In this document: one piece after another, positions 56,240 to 60,984 of the stretch
Position numbering within the stretch: the first letter of the stretch is position 1
Layout: every line of letters starts with the position of its first letter
The notes under the pieces: generated by a model
Seen by the model: the letters and a program-made list of their open reading frames with translations, nothing else
Database searches by the model: none
Told to the model about the DNA's origin: nothing
Source of the DNA: a bacterium
GTDB lineage: Bacteria; Zhuqueibacterota; QNDG01; DTFT01
NCBI GenBank assembly: GCA_030372965.1
Contig: JAUCQC010000275.1
Coordinates: forward strand, 1-60,984
Direction: 5' to 3'
DNA length: 60,984 nucleotides
Translations under genes and position numbers: made by a program

Positions 56240-58168
56240 TCACTTTCCCTCCGCCGCCTGCCCCAGTCTGCGAACCGCCTCCCGGTTCCGGCTGTTGAAC
56301 GGATCCTTGCCTTCGGCCGTGTAGAGATGGTCAAGCCGCTTCTGGTGATGCTGAATGATTTTCCACCGGACCATTTTCATCGTGGAATTGATGAATCCGT
56401 TCGCCTCGGTGAAGGGTTCGTCCAGAAGCGCGAACGCGGCGGGCAGCCACACGCTCGGGAACAGGTCCTTGAGGCCGGGATCGGTGAAATACCGGCGGAT
56501 CGCCCCGGCGAAGAGCCCGATGGCGGCCCTCTGCCCCTCCTCCGAATCCGTCGTCAAACCGGACGACTTGAGCTTCGCGATCACCGCGGCCGGGTCCGGG
56601 ACAATCAGCGCCGTGGTGTAGGGCTTCTGGCTGTTGAACAGCATGATCTGCTTGATGAACGGACAGCCCGTGTTCAGGCTTTCTTCGATGCCCTCGGGGC
56701 TGAATTTCTCGCCGATGTCCGAGATGAGCAGGCTCTTGAACCGGCCGAGCACGACCAGGTATCCATCCTCATCGACGAATCCCATGTCCCCCGTGTACAG
56801 CCACCCGTCGCGGATCGTCGAAGCCGTGGCCTCGGGATTCCGCCAGTATCCCTGCATCACGTTTTCGCCCTTGACCACGATCTCGCCCTTCTGACCCCGC
56901 GGCAGGACGGTCCCGTCGTCGTCGCAAATCCTCACTTCGAGGTTCGGCAGAATCCGGCCGGAAGTGCCCATTTTCATGTGACCGGGCCGGTTGGCCGAGA
57001 TCACGGGAGCGGCTTCGGTGAGCCCGTATCCCTGGTACACCGGGATGCCGATGGCCGCGAAGAACCGCTGGTATCCGATGTCGAGCAGGGCTCCGCCGCC
57101 GACGAAATATTCCAGTCTGCCGCCGAATCCCTCGCGGATCTTCGAGAAGAGGATCCGGTCGAAGATCGCGTGCAGCGGCCTTCTCAGGGGATTCCCCTTC
57201 CACCGGCCGTTGACGCATCCGTCGCCGTGCCAGGCATAGGCGTTTTGAAGCCCCTTTTTCAGGAGCGCGGACGCGACCCTTCCCTTGGCCGCGATCTGTC
57301 GCTCGATGTTGCTCTTGAAATTTTCGGACAGGGCGGGCACGCTCAGCAGCAGAGTCGGCCGGATCTCCTTGATGTTTTTTCCGATGTTCCGCATGGTCGC
57401 GATCGCGGTGTCCCCGGTCTCCACGGACGCCATGCTCGCGCCGCCCGAGATGAGCGCGAACACGCCGCAGGTGTGCGCGAATGAATGGTCCCAGGGAAGG
57501 ATGAGGAGGGAGATAAAACGCTCTGGAAGCTCGAAGAAGGCCCGGGCCTGCTCCACGTTGGCCGTGTAATTGCGGTGCGTGAGCACGATGCCCTTGGGGT
57601 CCGCGGTCGTGCCCGATGTGTAGCAGATGTTGGCCGGATCGCTCTCCATGACGGACTGTTCGCGCTCGGACAGCCGGCCGGGTTCCCGGTCGAGAAGCGC
57701 CCACCCCTTCCGGCGGACGTCGGCCATGGTCATGCACTTTTCTTCACGGGCGCCTTCCTCGTCCAGGACGATGATCTTTTCCAGTTCGGGAAGGTCCTTG
57801 CGGAGGGGCAGTATTTTGGGCAGCTGGCGTCCGGATACGATCACGAATTTGGAGCCGGAATGCTGGATGCGGAACCGGATCTCGGCAGGCTCCTGCAGTT
57901 TGATCGACAGGGGCACGTCCACACCGCCGGCGAACAGGATGCCCAGCTCGGAAAAAACCCAGTCGTTCCGGCCCTCGGAAAGGAGCGTGACCCGGTCCCC
58001 CTTCCCGAGTCCGAGTTGGATCAGGCCCGCGGCCGTTTCCTCCACGAGCCGCAGGGCCGTCCGGTAGTCGGTCGCTTTGTATTCGCCGCCTGATTTCTCC
58101 CACATCATCGGGTTCGCGGGGAACCGCTCGACGCTGTTGCGGAACAGCCGGTTGATGGTGCGCTGCAT
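56240..58168 (-). CDS. Long-chain-fatty-acid-CoA ligase (AMP-binding, FadD/ACSL-like)
   Basis: 'ICYTSGTTADPKGIVLTH', 'YQGYGLTEAAP', 'GENVMQGYW', 'WLYTGDMG', 'GEKFSPEGIE'. Confidence 0.92.
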   Translation of the reverse strand: MQRTINRLFRNSVERFPANPMMWEKSGGEYKATDYRTALRLVEETAAGLIQLGLGKGDRVTLLSEGRNDWVFSELGILFAGGVDVPLSIKLQEPAEIRFRIQHSGSKFVIVSGRQLPKILPLRKDLPELEKIIVLDEEGAREEKCMTMADVRRKGWALLDREPGRLSEREQSVMESDPANICYTSGTTADPKGIVLTHRNYTANVEQARAFFELPERFISLLILPWDHSFAHTCGVFALISGGASMASVETGDTAIATMRNIGKNIKEIRPTLLLSVPALSENFKSNIERQIAAKGRVASALLKKGLQNAYAWHGDGCVNGRWKGNPLRRPLHAIFDRILFSKIREGFGGRLEYFVGGGALLDIGYQRFFAAIGIPVYQGYGLTEAAPVISANRPGHMKMGTSGRILPNLEVRICDDDGTVLPRGQKGEIVVKGENVMQGYWRNPEATASTIRDGWLYTGDMGFVDEDGYLVVLGRFKSLLISDIGEKFSPEGIEESLNTGCPFIKQIMLFNSQKPYTTALIVPDPAAVIAKLKSSGLTTDSEEGQRAAIGLFAGAIRRYFTDPGLKDLFPSVWLPAAFALLDEPFTEANGFINSTMKMVRWKIIQHHQKRLDHLYTAEGKDPFNSRNREAVRRLGQAAEGK

Positions 58169-58258
58169 GGAAATTCCTTTCCGTCCGGGGGTCTTCGGGA
58201 AGGTAAAAAAAGGAGGGTTTTAATACAAGCGGAATTTTAGGTTCGGAAGGGTAAAATC

Positions 58259-58291
58259 AGGCCTGAAAGGTCTTCCAGACCTTTCAGGCCT
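58259..58291. repeat. REP-like palindrome, family B copy 3
   Basis: Perfect 15-bp arms AGGCCTGAAAGGTCT-tcc-AGACCTTTCAGGCCT. Confidence 0.7.
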
Positions 58292-58322
58292 TGCCTTCAG
58301 CCATTTCAATGGTTTCCGACAA

Positions 58323-58350
58323 TTGTAAAAAATGATGCAATTTTTTACAA
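58323..58350. promoter_or_regulatory. Operator-like AT-rich inverted repeat between divergent ligase and GH43 units
   Basis: TTGTAAAAAAT-gatgca-ATTTTTTACAA, perfect 11-bp arms. Confidence 0.4.
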
Positions 58351-58442
58351 GGACATTTGAAAATTACTTCTTATTTTAGCTTCTGCGGGACAAAATCCTT
58401 ATCCCCGGTCATCCAATCCCCCACATTCGCGGAGGATCCGTC

Positions 58443-59147
58443 ATGAAACTGTTTCACTGCATCGTCCTACCGGCCTGCATCATCCTCGCATCCGGAGTGT
58501 CTCAGGCCCGGCCCCCGGCGGCTGCGGACTCCGTCCGCAGTCTCGCGCCGTATTTCGCGCCAGCCGCTCCCGGATCCCTGTCCCCGGACGCGGACGGCTT
58601 TCTCCGGCGCTGGCTGCTTCTCGAACCGATCGTCAAGCCGAACCGGAGCAATACCGTGTTCACCGACAGCTACATCCGGAACGTTTTCAATACCGAGTTT
58701 TTCCCGGGCCAGTTCACCGTGGTCCCGAATGACGGCGACACGGTGACCGCGGACAGCTTACGGCTCGCCTGGCACGCCCTGGACGCGTCGGGGTTCAATG
58801 TCAAGCTGTTCCGCTTCGCCTGGGGCCTGAACAAGCCGATTTACGGGGTCTTGTTCTGGGCCGTGACCGTCGTGGAGAGCCCGAAGGAGATCCGGAATGT
58901 GCGCATGGCCGTGGGCTCCAATTCCGCGTCCATGTGGTGGCTCAACGGAAAGGAGGCGGTCATCCTTTCGGGCGACCGCCGCATGAAAATGGATGACTGC
59001 GTCTCCAAACGCCTCACGCTCAACAAGGGCCGCAACGTCATTCGCGGCGCGGTCATCAACGGCCCCGGAATGAGCGATTTCTGCGTGCGCTTCATCGACG
59101 AGAGAGGAGAGCCTGTCAGGGATCTCTCGTTGAAACTCGGGAAGTGA
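58443..59147 (+). CDS. Secreted hypothetical protein, probable beta-sandwich, GH43-associated
   Basis: Signal peptide; 'FLRRWLLLEP', 'AWHALD', 'VGSNSASMWWLNG', 'LTLNKGRNVI..AVING..DFCVRF'. No GxSxG motif. Confidence 0.6.
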   Translation: MKLFHCIVLPACIILASGVSQARPPAAADSVRSLAPYFAPAAPGSLSPDADGFLRRWLLLEPIVKPNRSNTVFTDSYIRNVFNTEFFPGQFTVVPNDGDTVTADSLRLAWHALDASGFNVKLFRFAWGLNKPIYGVLFWAVTVVESPKEIRNVRMAVGSNSASMWWLNGKEAVILSGDRRMKMDDCVSKRLTLNKGRNVIRGAVINGPGMSDFCVRFIDERGEPVRDLSLKLGK

Positions 59148-59196
59148 GTCCGACCGGACGTTCCGATTCCACCCATCCCCTTTTTCGGGAGGTTTT

Positions 59197-60648
59197 ATGA
59201 AATTCCGCGTTCCTGTGGTGACTGTTCTGACCATCCTCTCGCTCCGTCTGCCTGTTCAGGCCGCGGCTTTGGACGGTAAACCCTACATCCACGACCCTTC
59301 GACCATCATGCTGTGCGACGGCAAGTTTTACACTTTCGGAACGGGCGGCGGCGGGCTGATCTCCGAAGACGGCTGGACCTGGAACGGCGGGGCCGAGCGT
59401 CCCGGGGGCGGTGTGGCCCCGGACGTCATTCACATCGGCGACCGCTACTACATGACCTACGCGGCCGGTGGCGGCGGACTGGCGGGCGGACACGCCAGCA
59501 ACGTCTATGTGATGTGGACCAAAACCCTCGACCCCAAATCCCCCGACTTCGGATTCAACGACAAGACCGTGGTCGCCATGTCCGACGGCGTCGAGGACTG
59601 TGACGCCATCGATTCCGCGTTCCTGCTCGATCCGGCCGACGGCCGTCTGTGGCTGACCTACGGCACCTACTTCGGTTTTATCCGGATCGTCGAGCTCGAT
59701 CCCAAAACAGGACACCGCGTCCCCGGTAACCAGCCCGTGAACATCGCGATCGACTGTGAAGCCACGGCCATGATGGTCCGGGACGGCTGGTACTACCTTC
59801 TGGGAACGCACGGCACCTGCTGTGACGGCGCCAACTCCACCTACAACATTCGCGTGGGCCGCTCCAGAAAAGTGACCGGCCCCTTTTTGGACAACATGGG
59901 CGTGGACATGCTCCGGGGCGGAGGCAAGCTCGTCGTGGCCGCCAGCGGCCGCTTCGTCGGTCCCGGGCATTTCGGACTGCTGGACCTTGGAGACGGGGTT
60001 CAGAAATTCTCCTGCCATTACGAGGCCGACCTGGACCGTAGCGGCCGAAGCGTGCTGGACATCCGTCCCCTGCTCTGGAAAGACGGCTGGCCCGTGGCCG
60101 GCGACAACTTCAGGGAGGGCACATTCGAGATCCAGTCCGAGCGCAGCGGTTACGCGCTGGAATTGACCGTGGATTTCACGCGCATGGCCGGCGGCATGCG
60201 AGGCTTCAGGCGTCCCCCGGACGAGCCGGTGAAACCGGTTCCGTTCCAGGAACTCTCGGAAGTGATCGGGGGCTGGCCGGCAGGGGACATCGGCGTGCGC
60301 CTCGGCGATTTCATGTTCCGGCCCCATCAGAAGTGGACCGTCACTCCGGTCTCCGGAGTCGGCGGATATCCGGGCTCGCCCTTTTTCAAGATCACCATCG
60401 CGGGCACGGACCGCGCCCTGGCCGCGACATCGGACGCCGAAGTCATAACGGTTCCGGCTTTCACCGGCGCCCCGGAACAACTGTGGCGCATCGACCAGCT
60501 GACCGACGGCACGTACCGCATCATGCCCAAGGCCGTTCCGGGCCATCCGGAACCCCTGGCATTGACCGCGGTCGGCGCGAGCACGCCGTCATTGGTCAAA
60601 TTCGACCCTTCGAGCGATATCGCGAGATGGAACTTCAGGGAGCCGTGA
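59197..60648 (+). CDS. GH43 glycoside hydrolase (arabinanase/xylosidase-like) with C-terminal beta-trefoil-like domain
   Basis: 'IHDPS' (base), 'APDV', 'AIDS' (pKa modulator), 'CEA' (acid), 'GPGHFG'; C-terminal 'QKWTV', 'QLWRID...GTYRI'. Confidence 0.88.
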   Translation: MKFRVPVVTVLTILSLRLPVQAAALDGKPYIHDPSTIMLCDGKFYTFGTGGGGLISEDGWTWNGGAERPGGGVAPDVIHIGDRYYMTYAAGGGGLAGGHASNVYVMWTKTLDPKSPDFGFNDKTVVAMSDGVEDCDAIDSAFLLDPADGRLWLTYGTYFGFIRIVELDPKTGHRVPGNQPVNIAIDCEATAMMVRDGWYYLLGTHGTCCDGANSTYNIRVGRSRKVTGPFLDNMGVDMLRGGGKLVVAASGRFVGPGHFGLLDLGDGVQKFSCHYEADLDRSGRSVLDIRPLLWKDGWPVAGDNFREGTFEIQSERSGYALELTVDFTRMAGGMRGFRRPPDEPVKPVPFQELSEVIGGWPAGDIGVRLGDFMFRPHQKWTVTPVSGVGGYPGSPFFKITIAGTDRALAATSDAEVITVPAFTGAPEQLWRIDQLTDGTYRIMPKAVPGHPEPLALTAVGASTPSLVKFDPSSDIARWNFREP

Positions 60649-60652
60649 GTTC

Positions 60653-60685
60653 ATGTGCGACGCACTTGTCAAGTGCGTCGCACAT
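60653..60685. repeat. REP-like palindrome, family A copy 3 (perfect)
   Basis: ATGTGCGACGCACTTG-t-CAAGTGCGTCGCACAT, 16-bp perfect arms, 4 nt after the GH43 stop. Confidence 0.85.
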
Positions 60686-60730
60686 CGGCTCAGCGCACAG
60701 CTTCAGCCGTGGGTAAGCGGGACGCCTCCG

Positions 60731-60934
60731 CCCGGAGATCCGGGCCGAGGCAGGAATCGAGAACGATCCGATCAGGCCACGTCATGAAAAAAGCCCGTAT
60801 CTCCCCAGGCGCCTCCCTCCCTGCATTTAGAGATTATAGAAGCCGTGCTAAACTGACGATTTCACGACAAGCAAGCAGGGTATGCAGGACGGTTTGCCCC
60901 GGAGATCCGGGGGAAACCAGGAATCGGGAACGAT
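60731..60934. repeat. Two imperfect 37-bp direct repeats
   Basis: CCCGGAGATCCGGG-N6-CAGGAATCG-N-GAACGAT at 60731-60767 and 60898-60934. Confidence 0.7.
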
Positions 60935-60953
60935 TGTTCGGACCAAAACGCGA

Positions 60954-60984
60954 CGACCCCATCCCGTAGTACGGGATGGGGTCG
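60954..60984. repeat. Perfect 14-bp hairpin at the window end
   Basis: CGACCCCATCCCGT-agt-ACGGGATGGGGTCG. Confidence 0.75.

Noticed and set aside
60731-60934. CRISPR array
   Set aside because: Only two imperfect repeats with a 130-nt gap, and no cas genes in the window.

Overview
This looks like the end of an untrimmed metagenomic contig: bases 1-23 are a Nextera/Tn5 adapter. The source is a high-GC diderm bacterium. Secreted proteins with 'YPNPFN...' FlgD-Ig/T9SS-like C-terminal tails suggest an FCB-group lineage such as KSB1 (inference). Contents from left to right: truncated TolC; Sel1 protein; AsmA-like protein; an ArsR-DUF6132-ferredoxin-thioredoxin operon; a probable operon of an 8-PAS histidine kinase, Ala/Gly symporter, nitroreductase and CE1 esterase; a 4-gene surface-glycan unit; MarC; a split tol-pal locus; a 9-gene ars/redox cluster; an M23-like lipoprotein; an orphan antitoxin; a ~6.4 kb low-GC island (FG-GAP propeller plus gingipain-like C25 protease); hrpB; a beta-barrel; a GH11 xylanase; FadD; and a GH43 pair. 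The ORF track labels hrpB as minus strand, but it reads on plus. The best candidate for an undescribed system is the tol-pal locus. A histidine kinase/sigma54-activator pair sits between pal and tolQRAB, and sigma54-type -24/-12 motifs lie about 50 nt upstream of both tolQ and the lipoprotein-pal unit. A small IS200/605-like palindromic remnant occupies the usual pal slot between tolB and cpoB, which is followed by tamB-tamA. Several families of REP-like palindromes and 7/8-mer arrays occur in intergenic gaps. No CRISPR array, rRNA, tRNA, integrase or transposase was recognised.
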